Shown here piece after piece: positions 27,993-38,582 of a stretch of DNA of 64,000 nucleotides (the first letter of the stretch is position 1; every line of letters begins with the position of its first letter). Under the pieces are notes generated by a model, which ran no database searches, was not told the DNA's origin, and was given only the letters and a program-made list of their open reading frames with translations. Both the position numbers and the translations under genes were made by a program. This DNA comes from a bacterium. Its GTDB lineage: Bacteria > UBA8248. The stretch lies in NCBI GenBank assembly GCA_965261085.1, contig OZ253442.1, positions 1,536,001 to 1,600,000 on the forward strand, in the 5' to 3' direction.

Positions 27993-28763
27993 TCAACCCA
28001 TATCGCCCAGCGCGTGTTGCACGATGGTGAGGAGCGAGACGGGAGCCGTGTCTGCGCGCAGGATTCTCGGGCCCAGGGATACCGGCAGGAAACCATAATC
28101 CATCGCTTGCCCTGATTCCTCCTCCGTGAGGTCTCCCTCGGGACCGGTCAAGAGAGCGGCGCGAAGCGGCGCGTCGGCGCTATGATCACTCACGCGCGAT
28201 AGCGCCTCTTTGGCGGACATCGCATGTTCTCCCAGATATCCCATCAGCTTGAGGTCGAAATCCTTCGTCTCGGCGAGAAAACTCTCAAGGTCACCGAGTG
28301 GATGAGCAACAGGCGGGGGCACGCGATCGCACTGCTTGGCGGCTTCCAGGACAATTCGCCGCCACCGCCTGTGGCGCTCGGCGCTCCTTTTTTCCTGAAT
28401 CCTAACTTCGCACCGCTCGAGCATGAGGGGATAGAATGCATCGGCGCCCAGTTCGCAGCCCTTCTGAAGAACCCACTCGAAGCGCTCACCTTTGAGCAGG
28501 GGAAGGCCCAAGGCGATCGACAGGGGCGAAGACGGCCTCCTTGGCAGGCGCTCGATGATTCGGGCGGTGCTTTCGCTCGCAGTAATTTCCGTCAGTTCGA
28601 TCTTGTATTCTTGGCCCTCTGAGGTCGCGGCGCGGCAAATCGCGCCCACCTTCATCTTGAGGACGCGGCGGATGTGCGCGGATTCCTCCGCCCCCAGAAC
28701 GACCCGTTCGCCCTGAACCGCCGCAGGCGGAATGTAGAAAAGCCGCAGCCCGTCGCGCGTCAT
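27993..28763 (-). CDS. rsmE: 16S rRNA m3U1498 methyltransferase
   Basis: HIRRVLK, EAAKQC, GPEG and LGPRILRADTA. Confidence 0.93.
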   Translation of the reverse strand: MTRDGLRLFYIPPAAVQGERVVLGAEESAHIRRVLKMKVGAICRAATSEGQEYKIELTEITASESTARIIERLPRRPSSPLSIALGLPLLKGERFEWVLQKGCELGADAFYPLMLERCEVRIQEKRSAERHRRWRRIVLEAAKQCDRVPPPVAHPLGDLESFLAETKDFDLKLMGYLGEHAMSAKEALSRVSDHSADAPLRAALLTGPEGDLTEEESGQAMDYGFLPVSLGPRILRADTAPVSLLTIVQHALGDMG

Positions 28764-29638
28764 GGCTTCGCCACCTCGATGCTCCCCCACTCCTCGATTC
28801 GGTTCGTGTTCTCGAGGGTGAAACCGGCCTCCCTGTAGATGCGGGCGAGAGTCTCCGTCTGCTCATAGCCTATGCCTGCGAGAACGGCCCGGCCACCGGG
28901 AGCGAGCGCCCCGTGAATGAGCGGCGCGAGTTCTCTGAGAGCGTCCAGGAAGATGTTCGCCGCGATGAAATCGACCCGGCCCCACCATTTTTCCAGTGCG
29001 CCGGGCGCAAGCGTCGTGTTGCGCGTCGTCATGCGGTTCGCCACCCCGTTTCTTTCCGCCAGGCCGATGGTCTCCTCCACGGCCTTTGGATCGAGGTCGA
29101 ATGCGGTTACGCGTTTTGCGCCGTAGAGGAGGGCGGCGACGCCCAGGATGCCCGAGCCGCAGCCTAAATCCACCATACGTTCGGGAGGTTTTTTGGCGCA
29201 TTCGTTTTCCACGGCGAGCAGGGCCAGGCGCGTGGAGGAGTGTCTGCCCGTGCCGAAGGCGAGGCCGGGTTCGAGCGTCAACTCGACGCGCCCGTCCGGC
29301 GTCTCGCTTTCATCCCAGGGCGGCCTCACCCAGAGTTTCTCCCCGTAGGCTTCGCCCTTGAAATGGCCGCGCGACTGGGCTATCCAGTCCTGATCCTCGA
29401 TGTTTTTAAGCGTGATGGCGCTTTTCGCGACGCCCAGGGTGGCGAGGAGCGCCTCTATCGCGCGGAGTTTTTTGGTCGCGCCGTCTTCAAGAGCGATGTG
29501 CGTGATGAGCAGCGATGCGCCCCCCGCGCCGACTCGCTCCTCCACGGCGGATGCGCCCGCATCCAGTATGAGAGCGGCGGCGTCCTCGGCCAGACCCTCA
29601 CAAACCTCGATAATGAGTTCGAGCCATTTTTTCTTCAC
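28760..29638 (-). CDS. prmA: Ribosomal protein L11 methyltransferase
   Basis: PGLAFGTGRH, DLGCGSGIL and AANI; next to rsmE. Confidence 0.92.
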   Translation of the reverse strand: MKKKWLELIIEVCEGLAEDAAALILDAGASAVEERVGAGGASLLITHIALEDGATKKLRAIEALLATLGVAKSAITLKNIEDQDWIAQSRGHFKGEAYGEKLWVRPPWDESETPDGRVELTLEPGLAFGTGRHSSTRLALLAVENECAKKPPERMVDLGCGSGILGVAALLYGAKRVTAFDLDPKAVEETIGLAERNGVANRMTTRNTTLAPGALEKWWGRVDFIAANIFLDALRELAPLIHGALAPGGRAVLAGIGYEQTETLARIYREAGFTLENTNRIEEWGSIEVAKP

Positions 29639-29651
29639 AGGCTCTCGCGTT

Positions 29652-30737
29652 TTATTCCGGCAGCCGAACCACGGCCGAGCCCGCCGTCGCCAGTTCGCCT
29701 TCCTGGTTCGTTCCGGTGATCTCCACCTTCACGGTGCGCTCGGCCTCGTTTTTCTCGACCACCTTGCCCGTGTGCCGGATGGTGTCGCCATAGATCATGG
29801 GGCGGCGCACCTGGACGTAGAGATTCTTGAGGAACGCGTTGTCCCCCATCCAGTTCGTGATGAAGGGGCTCACCCAGGCGAAGCGCATGACGCCGTTGTC
29901 GAAAGGCCCCGGCATCCCGCGCCCCGAGGCGAGGTTGAAGTCTTCGTGTTGCTGGGAGTTTTTCACCTTGATCCCGATCTGGGGGATGAGGACGGCGTTG
30001 TGCGGCGCTTTTTTGAGGTCGAGATAGCCGCGCCTGCCCGCCTTGTAGGAGGGGCCGTTGCCCGCGTTCCAGGCCACCATGTCGCCGATGGTGAGGGGGC
30101 CGCGAAGCATGGACGGGAGTTCATCCCCGACGGATACGTCCGCGAAGCGGCGCTTCTCGCCGCCACGTCTCTCCTCCGTCTCGTAGGCGTTTTCGATTTC
30201 TTGGAATTCCGTCTCGTCATACTTCTTGACGGGCCTCTCGTAGAGGAGCGCGTTTCCTTCTTGTAAGGTTCTGATCATCGTGCCGGCGCCCCTGGCGACG
30301 ACCTCATCCTCCTCGTTCCAGTAGGTGCACTCCGAGATGATGAAGATGAGTTGACGGCCCGCCTTGTTCGTCTTGACGAAGGAATCCTTCTGGATGGACT
30401 CCGCGCGCAGCTTGGCGCCGCGCGGGATGGGCTTTTCCCATTCGAATTCCACGCCCCCGATAAGGGAGGAGAGCGGAACTTCCATGGGCGCTCCGTGGAG
30501 AATCGGGTAGAGAACCGACACCAGAAACGCAGGCGGCGCCATGATGTTCCCGTGCGAGGCGCCGGATGCGTATTCGGCGTCCAGCCAAAGCGGGTTGTCG
30601 TCGTCGATGCCGTATGCGAAATGGCGGATGGCGTCGGCGCTCGCCTCGTTGTTCCACGCCTCCCGCTCGCGCACGGGCCGGCCGTTCAGTTCTCGTGTCT
30701 TTTCGATGAACTCATCGATGCGTGCTTGATTCGACAA
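29652..30737 (-). CDS. Double hot-dog MaoC/FAS1-like acyl dehydratase
   Basis: DAIRHFA...GIDDDNPLW, APPAF, and a second domain with H..A..RGMPG and YGDT. Confidence 0.8.
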   Translation of the reverse strand: MSNQARIDEFIEKTRELNGRPVREREAWNNEASADAIRHFAYGIDDDNPLWLDAEYASGASHGNIMAPPAFLVSVLYPILHGAPMEVPLSSLIGGVEFEWEKPIPRGAKLRAESIQKDSFVKTNKAGRQLIFIISECTYWNEEDEVVARGAGTMIRTLQEGNALLYERPVKKYDETEFQEIENAYETEERRGGEKRRFADVSVGDELPSMLRGPLTIGDMVAWNAGNGPSYKAGRRGYLDLKKAPHNAVLIPQIGIKVKNSQQHEDFNLASGRGMPGPFDNGVMRFAWVSPFITNWMGDNAFLKNLYVQVRRPMIYGDTIRHTGKVVEKNEAERTVKVEITGTNQEGELATAGSAVVRLPE

Positions 30738-30860
30738 TGTAGGATGCTCCTGTATCTGTTGTTAAGTGGATATACCGGATGGCTCGGTGAATTTTATTTT
30801 GTTTTTCGGAAAAGATATGTAGCAGGAAATTTCGGGCGCAACAAGGCGGCGCGGGCCACA

Positions 30861-31946
30861 TTATTCGAGAAGGGATTTCATCTTCTCCAGAAACGCCCGG
30901 GTTCGCGGGTGGGTGGATGGCGAGGAGATTCTCTGGAACTCGGCCAACATTTCGCGCTGACGCTCGTTGAGCTTGGTGGGCGTTTCGATGATCACACAAA
31001 TGCGCAGATCGCCCGTGTTCCGCCCGCCCGCCGGCGAGAGACCCTCTCCTTTCAGGCGAAACACCCGGCCCGACTGGGTTCCCGCGGGAATCTTGATTGT
31101 CCGCGTGCCCTTGAGGGTGGGCACGAGGGCCTCGTGGCCGAGGGCGGCCTGGGAGATGCTCACCGGCAAATCGAAGAGGATGTCGTTGACCTCTCTCTGG
31201 AAAACGGGATGGGGTTTTGCACGCACCGTGACGATGAGGTCTCCCTCCTCACCCTCGCGCGAGTCCTCATCGCCCTTGCCCTTGATTTTGATTTGAGCGC
31301 CCTCTTTGGTCGCGGCGGGAATCGTCACCATCAGATTCTCCCGCCTGTTCACGCGACCCTCTCCCCCGCAGGCCCGGCACGTCTCACCCGTGTGTTCACC
31401 GCTTCCGTCACAAGCCGAGCAGGGAATGCGCAACTCGGCGAGCCCCTGGTTGTAGCGAACCTCACCCGCACCCTTGCACGCGGGGCAGGCGCTCATCGGC
31501 GCGCCCGTTTCGGCGCCGCGCCCCGCGCATGAGGCGCAGCGAACGCGGCGCGAGACGGAAATCTCCTTTTCGGAATCCCGCGTCAATTCCTCGAGCGTCA
31601 CCTCGACGTGGGCGTTTAGGTCCTGAGACGCGGTTTTTTTCTCATCCACAGGTTCGCGCGCGCTCCGGAAAATATGGGAGAAAATGTCCTCCCATTTTTC
31701 TTCGTATTCATTTTTGGGGCGCGTCGAATTCCGCCCGCGGGGCGTTGCGCGGGTGTCTGAGCGTTTCGGGTTTTGGAGGATTTCGTGGGCGATGACGACT
31801 TGCTTGAAGCGCCTTTCCGCCTCCGGGTCGCCCGGGTTTCTGTCCGGGTGGAATTCCAGCGCCAGTTTCTTGTAGGCGCTTTTCAACTGGGACGTGGAGG
31901 CGTTTTTCTCCAGGCCGAGAATTTTGAGGGCGTCGGCGACGTTCAA
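30861..31946 (-). CDS. dnaJ: DnaJ-family co-chaperone with zinc fingers
   Basis: HPD J-domain, four CxxCxGxG repeats and a C-terminal substrate-binding domain. Confidence 0.88.
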   Translation of the reverse strand: MNVADALKILGLEKNASTSQLKSAYKKLALEFHPDRNPGDPEAERRFKQVVIAHEILQNPKRSDTRATPRGRNSTRPKNEYEEKWEDIFSHIFRSAREPVDEKKTASQDLNAHVEVTLEELTRDSEKEISVSRRVRCASCAGRGAETGAPMSACPACKGAGEVRYNQGLAELRIPCSACDGSGEHTGETCRACGGEGRVNRRENLMVTIPAATKEGAQIKIKGKGDEDSREGEEGDLIVTVRAKPHPVFQREVNDILFDLPVSISQAALGHEALVPTLKGTRTIKIPAGTQSGRVFRLKGEGLSPAGGRNTGDLRICVIIETPTKLNERQREMLAEFQRISSPSTHPRTRAFLEKMKSLLE

Positions 31947-31992
31947 GAAATCATGACCTCCGCCGGGGGTGGGGATGAAAGCGCTTTTTCGT

Positions 31993-33045
31993 CTATCGTT
32001 TTTCCGAGGATAGGAATTTCGACACCGAATCCGCAGTCCATTCCACCAGCGACACGGCGCGATCGTAGCGCATGCGCTTGGGCCCGATGATGCCGATGCT
32101 GCCCAGCGGGCGGTCGTCCATGTAGTAGCGCTGGGCGACGATGCTGCAATCCTTCATTTCTTCGAAATCGTTCTCGGAGCCGATGAGAATCGTGATGTCC
32201 GAGGATTCAAGACACTTGTCCAGCAGGCGCACGAGTTTTTCCCTCTCCTCGAACGTACGGTAGAGAGACTGGAGCTTCTCGGTGTTGGTGGCGAAGTCCG
32301 GCTGTGAGAACACGCGCGAGGCCCCTTCCACGAAAAGGGATTCCTGCGCGTCTTCGGATTCTGAGAGCGCCTCTTTGCTGAGCTTGAGGGCTAGCTGGAA
32401 GAGAGTGTCGAGGTTGTCCCGCGCATGGGACATTTTCTGGATGATCTTCTCGCGCACCTCCCTCAAGGCGACGCCGCTGAATTCCTCGTTCAGCAGGTTC
32501 GAAATCCTGTTCAACTCGTCCTGGCTGATGGGGGCCTCCATCGGAATGACGCGGTTCTGAACCACCCCGCTCATCGAGACGATGACGGCCAGGGTTTTTT
32601 CCTCCGACATCTTCACGAAATTGATGTGCTTGAAGTGGAGTTGCTCCCCTGCGGGCAGGAGCACGAGCCCCGCCGTGTTGGTGAGTTCGGAGAGCACGCG
32701 CGTCGCCTGTGCGAGCACTTGTTCGATTTGAGCGGCCTGCGCGGTAGCGCCTAAGCGCATGGATTCCTGCTCCTCGCTCGTGAGGGTATGGGAATCCATC
32801 AGGTCGTCGACGAAAAAGCGATACCCCAAGTCGGTAGGGAGCCTGCCGGAGGAGATGTGGGACTTGGTGAGGAAGCCCGCATCGGCCAGGTCGCTCATGA
32901 TGTTGCGGATGGTGGCGGGGCTCAGGGCCAGGTCTGAATGCTTCGAGAGCGTGCGACTCCCCACGGGTTCGCCCGTATCCACGAAAATGTTGATGATGGC
33001 GCGCAGGATTTCCCGGTTTCTCCGGGCAAGTTCCAGGGCGTCCAT
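31993..33045 (-). CDS. hrcA: Heat-inducible transcription repressor
   Basis: [22 protein letters not shown] and GPKRMRY; start at MDALE, with GGGAGG SD. Confidence 0.95.
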   Translation of the reverse strand: MDALELARRNREILRAIINIFVDTGEPVGSRTLSKHSDLALSPATIRNIMSDLADAGFLTKSHISSGRLPTDLGYRFFVDDLMDSHTLTSEEQESMRLGATAQAAQIEQVLAQATRVLSELTNTAGLVLLPAGEQLHFKHINFVKMSEEKTLAVIVSMSGVVQNRVIPMEAPISQDELNRISNLLNEEFSGVALREVREKIIQKMSHARDNLDTLFQLALKLSKEALSESEDAQESLFVEGASRVFSQPDFATNTEKLQSLYRTFEEREKLVRLLDKCLESSDITILIGSENDFEEMKDCSIVAQRYYMDDRPLGSIGIIGPKRMRYDRAVSLVEWTADSVSKFLSSEKR

Positions 33046-33089
33046 TCCGAGTGCCTCCCGGTGGGGCGTCTTCCCCGCTGAATTTTGGT

Positions 33090-33116
33090 GTGGCACTCAA
33101 GGGGATTGAGTGCTAA
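33090..33116 (-). promoter_or_regulatory. CIRCE operator upstream of hrcA
   Basis: On the minus strand TTAGCACTC-N9-GAGTGCCAC, versus consensus TTAGCACTC-N9-GAGTGCTAA. Confidence 0.92.
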
Positions 33117-33250
33117 TTTATGCACGATATGGGGGGATTTTCCCCGTGTCAAGCGGGTGGCGCAGGGTTAGGGGGAGTGGTTTTCCGAACCGGAAGTCTA
33201 AACCCCGGGGTCTGCGCCGAGTTGAGCGAAAGAGGCCGATTTTCTAAGGA

Positions 33251-35485
33251 ATGCAGATGCCGAACGCATGGACGAGAGCCTTTCGGGCGATTTGGAGACG
33301 ATGGTTCGGGCGTCGGACGCCGTCGCGCTCCCCATCCGTCCGCGAAACCGGGGATTCGGCGCGCTCGCGCATCGCCCAGTCGCGCCGGGCGAACCGGAAG
33401 TTCCAGTATTGCACGATAAGCGCGACGTTCATTTTGATAGTGATATTGAGTTTTCTCTCCTACCGGCTCTACGTGGACACCAAGGCCGAGACCGAGGAGA
33501 GGTCCAACCGCCGCCAGCTTCTTCTCGTGGAGCAGTCCGGCGATAGAATCGCCTCGTTCCTGGAGGCGCTCACGGCGTCTTTGCGCTACAGCGCGGGGTT
33601 TCTGCGCACCATCGAACCCGATCATCCCGGACGAATGGCGGTGATGATGGGATTGTACGAAAGGCTGGGCGGAAGGTTCCGCGTGAGCGAGCTGGGCTAT
33701 TTGCAGGAAAACGATGGGCAGATCGCCACCATACCGAAGGAATACCTCGAAAGACTGGCGAACTGCTCCTGGCCGAAGGGCGCCTGTATCCTCGTCATTC
33801 GCGACGAAGCCCAAAGGGTCTCCTCCTTGTTCGCGGCGGTGCCGGTGGAATCCAGAGGGGATGGGACTGAAGGAGTTGAGGCGCAGCGAAAGCGCGACTG
33901 GCTCTACGCGCAAATTTCCATGGCGGATCTGGTGCGCGCCTTCGTCGAGCCCGTTCAATCGGGAGGCCGCGAGCGGGCGTGGCTCGTGGACGGGACGGGC
34001 AGAATCATACTCCCTCCGGGCATCCCCCGGCTGGAGGGGGTTCATTTGTCCACCCTCGCGCGCGAATTGGGAGATGTGAGACTCGAAAAACTGGCCGGGC
34101 GCATGAAGAAAGAGGACAACGGTTTCGATTGGCATCTCGACCTCAGGCCCGATAAGAAAGAAAAACGCATGCGTTACCTGACGGCTTTCAGCAACTTCCC
34201 TGTCGGGCATGAGAAGTGGACTTTCGCTCTCACGGCGCCGTCTACCGAGTTCGTCGGTCTGATCGGGCGCTTGTTCCGAAAAGGTCTGCTCTTGACGGCT
34301 TTCGGGTTCGTCGCCTTGATTCTGGCCGCTCTTTTGATACTCGACCGCGAGCGCAGGCGCATACGGGCCGAGGATAGAATCCACTGGTCCGAGCAGGTGC
34401 TGGAGAGCAACAGACGCCTTCAGGCCCTGTTCGACGGCATCACGGACGCCATCGGCATTCTGGATGAGGATTTCCGCATCCGAATGCTCAATCGCTCGAT
34501 GGGCAGACTCTTCGGACGCGAGACATCCGATTTGCTGGATCAGAAATGGGAGATATCGCCGCTCACCGCGGTGCCGGAGTCTTTCGTCGAGCGATCCCTC
34601 GTCGTCAATACGTTCGCGACCGGCGAACCGGGCTTTTTCGAAAAGTCGATTTCGTGGGAAGATGGGCGCCGGATGGATATGGAATACTATACCTATCCGA
34701 TTCTCGACGCCTCGGGAGCGACGCTCCAAGTGATTTTGTATTTGAAGGATGTGACCGAGCGCAAGGCGCTCGAAAAAGAAGTTCTCCAAAGCGACAGACT
34801 CTCGATCGTCGGCAAGATGAGCGCCCAGGTGGCGCATTCCATACGCAATCCCCTCTCGGCCATCAACTTGAACTCGGAATTGCTCGGCGATGAATTGGCG
34901 CAATTCAAGGAGGCGGACACCTCCGAGGCGTGGGCGCTGCTCAAATCCGTGAGGGCGGAGGTGGATATCCTCGGCCAGGTGACGGCCGATTATCTCAAAT
35001 TCGTGCGGATGCCCAGTTTGGAGAGGACGCCGGTCGACTGCAACGATATGCTCGAGGATTTGCTGGACCAGCACGCGGAAGTGGCGGTGGGCAGGAAGAT
35101 CCGGATCGAAAAGGATTTCGAAAGAGACATCCCCGAGGTCGTCCTGGATGAAACGCAAATGCGCGTCGCGATTCAGAATCTCATCTTGAACGGTTTTGAC
35201 GCGATGCCCGATGGCGGTCGCCTGCTGGTGAAGACCGAATCGGAAAATCAGCACCTCGCTATCCGGATTTCGGACAGCGGCAAGGGCATCAGCCTCGAGG
35301 AGCAGGCTTCTTTGTTTACGCCGTTTTTCACGACGAAGGCGAACGGAACCGGCCTAGGCCTCGTGTTGAGCCAACAAATCATCACCGAGCACAACGGGAG
35401 CATCCACTTCGAGAGCGAGGAGGGGACGGGCGCCACCTTCATCGTCGAACTCCCGCTCGCCGTTGCGCAGGAGGCGAAGGTATGA
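33251..35485 (+). CDS. Membrane sensor histidine kinase (periplasmic Cache-like domain, PAS, HisKA, HATPase)
   Basis: Two TM helices, AHSIRNPL H-box, N-box NLILNG, DSGKG and GTGLGL; start uncertain. Confidence 0.92.
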   Translation: MQMPNAWTRAFRAIWRRWFGRRTPSRSPSVRETGDSARSRIAQSRRANRKFQYCTISATFILIVILSFLSYRLYVDTKAETEERSNRRQLLLVEQSGDRIASFLEALTASLRYSAGFLRTIEPDHPGRMAVMMGLYERLGGRFRVSELGYLQENDGQIATIPKEYLERLANCSWPKGACILVIRDEAQRVSSLFAAVPVESRGDGTEGVEAQRKRDWLYAQISMADLVRAFVEPVQSGGRERAWLVDGTGRIILPPGIPRLEGVHLSTLARELGDVRLEKLAGRMKKEDNGFDWHLDLRPDKKEKRMRYLTAFSNFPVGHEKWTFALTAPSTEFVGLIGRLFRKGLLLTAFGFVALILAALLILDRERRRIRAEDRIHWSEQVLESNRRLQALFDGITDAIGILDEDFRIRMLNRSMGRLFGRETSDLLDQKWEISPLTAVPESFVERSLVVNTFATGEPGFFEKSISWEDGRRMDMEYYTYPILDASGATLQVILYLKDVTERKALEKEVLQSDRLSIVGKMSAQVAHSIRNPLSAINLNSELLGDELAQFKEADTSEAWALLKSVRAEVDILGQVTADYLKFVRMPSLERTPVDCNDMLEDLLDQHAEVAVGRKIRIEKDFERDIPEVVLDETQMRVAIQNLILNGFDAMPDGGRLLVKTESENQHLAIRISDSGKGISLEEQASLFTPFFTTKANGTGLGLVLSQQIITEHNGSIHFESEEGTGATFIVELPLAVAQEAKV

Positions 35486-36861
35486 GCGAACACGACGGGG
35501 TGCGCGTGCTGGTGGTGGACGACAAGCGCGGCAGCCGCGAAGCCCTCCAGAAGATGATCGCCAAGGAAGGGTTCGACGTCGCCATGGCCCACGACGCGGA
35601 AACCGCCGCCGAGAAGTTCGGCGCCGAGCCCGTGAATCTGGTGATTACCGATCTCAGAATGCCCGGAATGGACGGCATCGGTTTGCTGAAGGAAGTGAAA
35701 CGCCTCAGCCCGGATACGGAAGTGATTCTGATTTCCGGCGCCGGGAGCATCGAGTCGGCCGTCGAGGCGATGCGCGAGGGGGCGTATGATTTTCTGACCA
35801 AGCCCCTGGAGCGCGTGGTCGTCTTGAAGGCGATAGACAAAGCGCTCGAAAAACAGACCCTCATGCGAGAGAACGCGGATTTGAGGGCGCAGCTCCAGAG
35901 CCTGAGGGACACCTCGGGCATGATGGGGGACCACCCCTCGATTCGCCGGGTGAAGGATATGGTTCGCCAGGTCGCGCCCACCTCCGCCAACGTCCTCATT
36001 CTGGGCGAGAGCGGAACGGGCAAGGAACTGGTGGCGAGCGCCCTGCACGAAGGGAGCGAGAGGGCGGGCAAGGCGATGGTGAAGGTGAACTGCGCCGCGC
36101 TGCCGGAGACGCTCCTTGAGAGCGAACTGTTCGGCTACGAGCGCGGGGCGTTTACGGGCGCCGTGGGCCGCAAGGAGGGCCGTTTCAAGATCGCGCACGG
36201 GGGTACGCTGTTTCTCGATGAAATCGGGGACATGCCCCTCGTGTTGCAGCCGAAGATTCTTCGTGTATTACAGGAGGGGGAATTCGAACGCGTCGGCGGG
36301 ATCGAGACGCTCAAGGTGGACGCGCGAATCGTGGCTTCCACCAACGCGGACTTGCAAACCGCCGTGGCCGAGAAGACGTTCCGCGGGGATCTCTACTATC
36401 GCCTGAACGTGATCACCATCCACCTGCCCGCCCTGAGAGATCGGCGAAGCGATATTCCGCTGATCGCCGAGCATTTCCTCCAGCGCTTCGCCGCGAAGAA
36501 CAACCGGCCCGTTCTCGCGTTTTCGCGCGAGGCGCTCGATGCGATGTCGAACTACCATTGGCCGGGAAACGTGCGTGAACTCGAAAACATGGTGGAGCGC
36601 GCCGTGGTGTTGGGCCGTGGAGTAATTCTCTCGATGGATGACCTCCCTGCGCAGGTCGCACGGGGCGAGCCCACGAACGGGGAGCAGTCGATGGCGCCCG
36701 ACTCGCCGCTCATCAACCTCGAAGTCGGCACCCCGCTCGCGGAAGTCGAGCGGCGGGTCATTCTGGAGACTCTCCGGCATACGGGCGGCGACAAGAGCGC
36801 CGCCGCCCGCCTCTTGGGAATCGCCACGCGCACCATTTACCGGAAGCTGGACGGGAGTTGA
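35482..36861 (+). CDS. Sigma-54-dependent response regulator (NtrC family)
   Basis: Receiver, GESGTGKE, GAFTGA, WPGNVREL and Fis HTH. Confidence 0.96.
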   Translation: MSEHDGVRVLVVDDKRGSREALQKMIAKEGFDVAMAHDAETAAEKFGAEPVNLVITDLRMPGMDGIGLLKEVKRLSPDTEVILISGAGSIESAVEAMREGAYDFLTKPLERVVVLKAIDKALEKQTLMRENADLRAQLQSLRDTSGMMGDHPSIRRVKDMVRQVAPTSANVLILGESGTGKELVASALHEGSERAGKAMVKVNCAALPETLLESELFGYERGAFTGAVGRKEGRFKIAHGGTLFLDEIGDMPLVLQPKILRVLQEGEFERVGGIETLKVDARIVASTNADLQTAVAEKTFRGDLYYRLNVITIHLPALRDRRSDIPLIAEHFLQRFAAKNNRPVLAFSREALDAMSNYHWPGNVRELENMVERAVVLGRGVILSMDDLPAQVARGEPTNGEQSMAPDSPLINLEVGTPLAEVERRVILETLRHTGGDKSAAARLLGIATRTIYRKLDGS

Positions 36862-36933
36862 TCGCTGGCGCATGCCGCTTCATGAGCGGGTTGTGCTAAG
36901 GTGTTGTGCGAAAATCTGCGTGGGAGTTTGCCG

Positions 36934-37587
36934 ATGCGGGGTCGTTTCATCACGTTCGAGGGTGTGGAGGGTTGCGGCAAGTCGACCCAGATGGCGCGCC
37001 TGCACGCGTGGATGGAAGAGGCGGGACTCGCGGTTCTCGCCACGCGCGAGCCCGGCGGCACGGAAGTAGGGGAGGGGATTCGCGAGTTGCTCCTTGCTCC
37101 GCGCGATGAGGGCCTGGGCGCCGCCACGGAACTCCTGCTCTACGAGGCGGACAGGGCGCAGCACGTGAGCGAGGTAATTCTGCCGGCACTCGAGGCGGGC
37201 GCCCACGTTCTTTGCGATCGGTTCTTTGATTCCACGACGGCGTATCAGGCCTTTGGACGGGGGCTGGATGAGCGCATGGTGCTGGAGATGAACCGGATGG
37301 CGAGCGGTGGACTTGTCCCCGAACTGACGCTGCTGTTCTCCGTAGCGATTGAGGAAGGCCTCGGGCGCGCGCGGGGGGAGAGCGCGGGTGATCGGCTCGA
37401 GGGCGAGAGCTTGGCGTTTCACCGAAAAGTGCAGGCGGGCTTCGCGGCGCTGGCGGCGCGCGAGCCCGGGCGTTTTCGCGTGCTGGGCGAGGGCGCGATC
37501 GAGGAGGTGCACGAAGAGGTGGTGGCCATCGTGAAGGAAAGATTCGAATGGGCTGGAAATCCATCCGCGGCCAGGACGCGGCTTTAG
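36934..37587 (+). CDS. tmk: Thymidylate kinase
   Basis: FEGVEGCGKSTQ, TREPGGT and CDRF. Confidence 0.95.
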   Translation: MRGRFITFEGVEGCGKSTQMARLHAWMEEAGLAVLATREPGGTEVGEGIRELLLAPRDEGLGAATELLLYEADRAQHVSEVILPALEAGAHVLCDRFFDSTTAYQAFGRGLDERMVLEMNRMASGGLVPELTLLFSVAIEEGLGRARGESAGDRLEGESLAFHRKVQAGFAALAAREPGRFRVLGEGAIEEVHEEVVAIVKERFEWAGNPSAARTRL

Positions 37588-38573
37588 ACCTGCTGAGAAG
37601 GGACTTATCCTCCGGGCAGGTGGCGGGCGCTTATATGTTTTATGGCCCCGACGGGGTCGGCAAGGCGAGCGCGGCGCGTCTTTTCGCCCAGACCCTCCAA
37701 TGCGCCGGCGATGCTCCGCCGTGCGGGGTCTGTAGGGCGTGCGAGAAGGTGCGCGCGAACGTCCATCCCGACGTCGTCTCCATCGGCCCGGTCGCGGGGT
37801 CGCGCTCCATCAAGGCGGAGGAGATCAGAGAAGAGGTGATCCGGCGCGCCCATCAGCGTCCCAACGAGGGGATGTGGCAGGTCTTCATCATCGAAGACGC
37901 GCATCTGCTGACGCGGGTGAGCCAGAACGCTCTGCTCAAGACGCTGGAGGAGCCGAGCGCCGGCACGATTTTGATTCTGGTGACGCCGAACCTCCACATG
38001 CTGCTGCCGACGATCATCTCGCGTTGCCGGAGGCTCAGGTTCCAGGCTCTGCCTCGTGCGGATATGGTCGCTATTCTCGAGGAACGATGCGGGGACGATG
38101 GGGCGGACGTGGAAAAACTCGTCTCTCTCAGCATGGGGAGGCTGGGCGTCGCCCTATCTTCTGACGTCGAGGCTCTCTCCGAGCGCCGGGACGAGGCGAT
38201 GAGGTTCCTGGAGGAGTTGAGCGCGCCGGCGGGCCGGGCGGACGAGGTAGTCCTCATCACGCTCGCCTCCGAACGGGCGGGCAGCGGGGCTTCGGGCAGA
38301 AACGAGACAATTCTCTTTTTGGAAATGCTTCGCGGGCTGCTTCGCGATATACTCATCACGCAGGAAGCGCCCGAGGCGATAGAATTGTGGCACACGGATA
38401 TTCGGGCGGCGTTGGCCGCCATGGGAGAGCGCTGGGGAAGCGCAGGTCTGACCAAGGCCCTCGAGAGGGTGGGGTCGGCCATGCGCGACGTGGGCGGCGG
38501 GAATACCAACCCGTCCCTGACGCTCGAAACTTTGGTATATTCCCTGCGGGAGACAGTTCCCGCCGGGGTTTGA
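37548..38573 (+). CDS. holB: DNA polymerase III delta' subunit
   Basis: GPDGVGK, CGVCRAC, HPD, NALLKTLEEP and TIISRC. Confidence 0.93.
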   Translation: MGWKSIRGQDAALDLLRRDLSSGQVAGAYMFYGPDGVGKASAARLFAQTLQCAGDAPPCGVCRACEKVRANVHPDVVSIGPVAGSRSIKAEEIREEVIRRAHQRPNEGMWQVFIIEDAHLLTRVSQNALLKTLEEPSAGTILILVTPNLHMLLPTIISRCRRLRFQALPRADMVAILEERCGDDGADVEKLVSLSMGRLGVALSSDVEALSERRDEAMRFLEELSAPAGRADEVVLITLASERAGSGASGRNETILFLEMLRGLLRDILITQEAPEAIELWHTDIRAALAAMGERWGSAGLTKALERVGSAMRDVGGGNTNPSLTLETLVYSLRETVPAGV

Positions 38574-38582
38574 GGTGAGCGA

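Noticed and set aside
33149-35254. 701-aa minus-strand ORF, and similar long ORFs such as 16423-17730, 6244-7500, 60589-61860 and 40142-41296
   Set aside because: Antisense shadows of well-supported genes in GC-rich DNA; no motifs.
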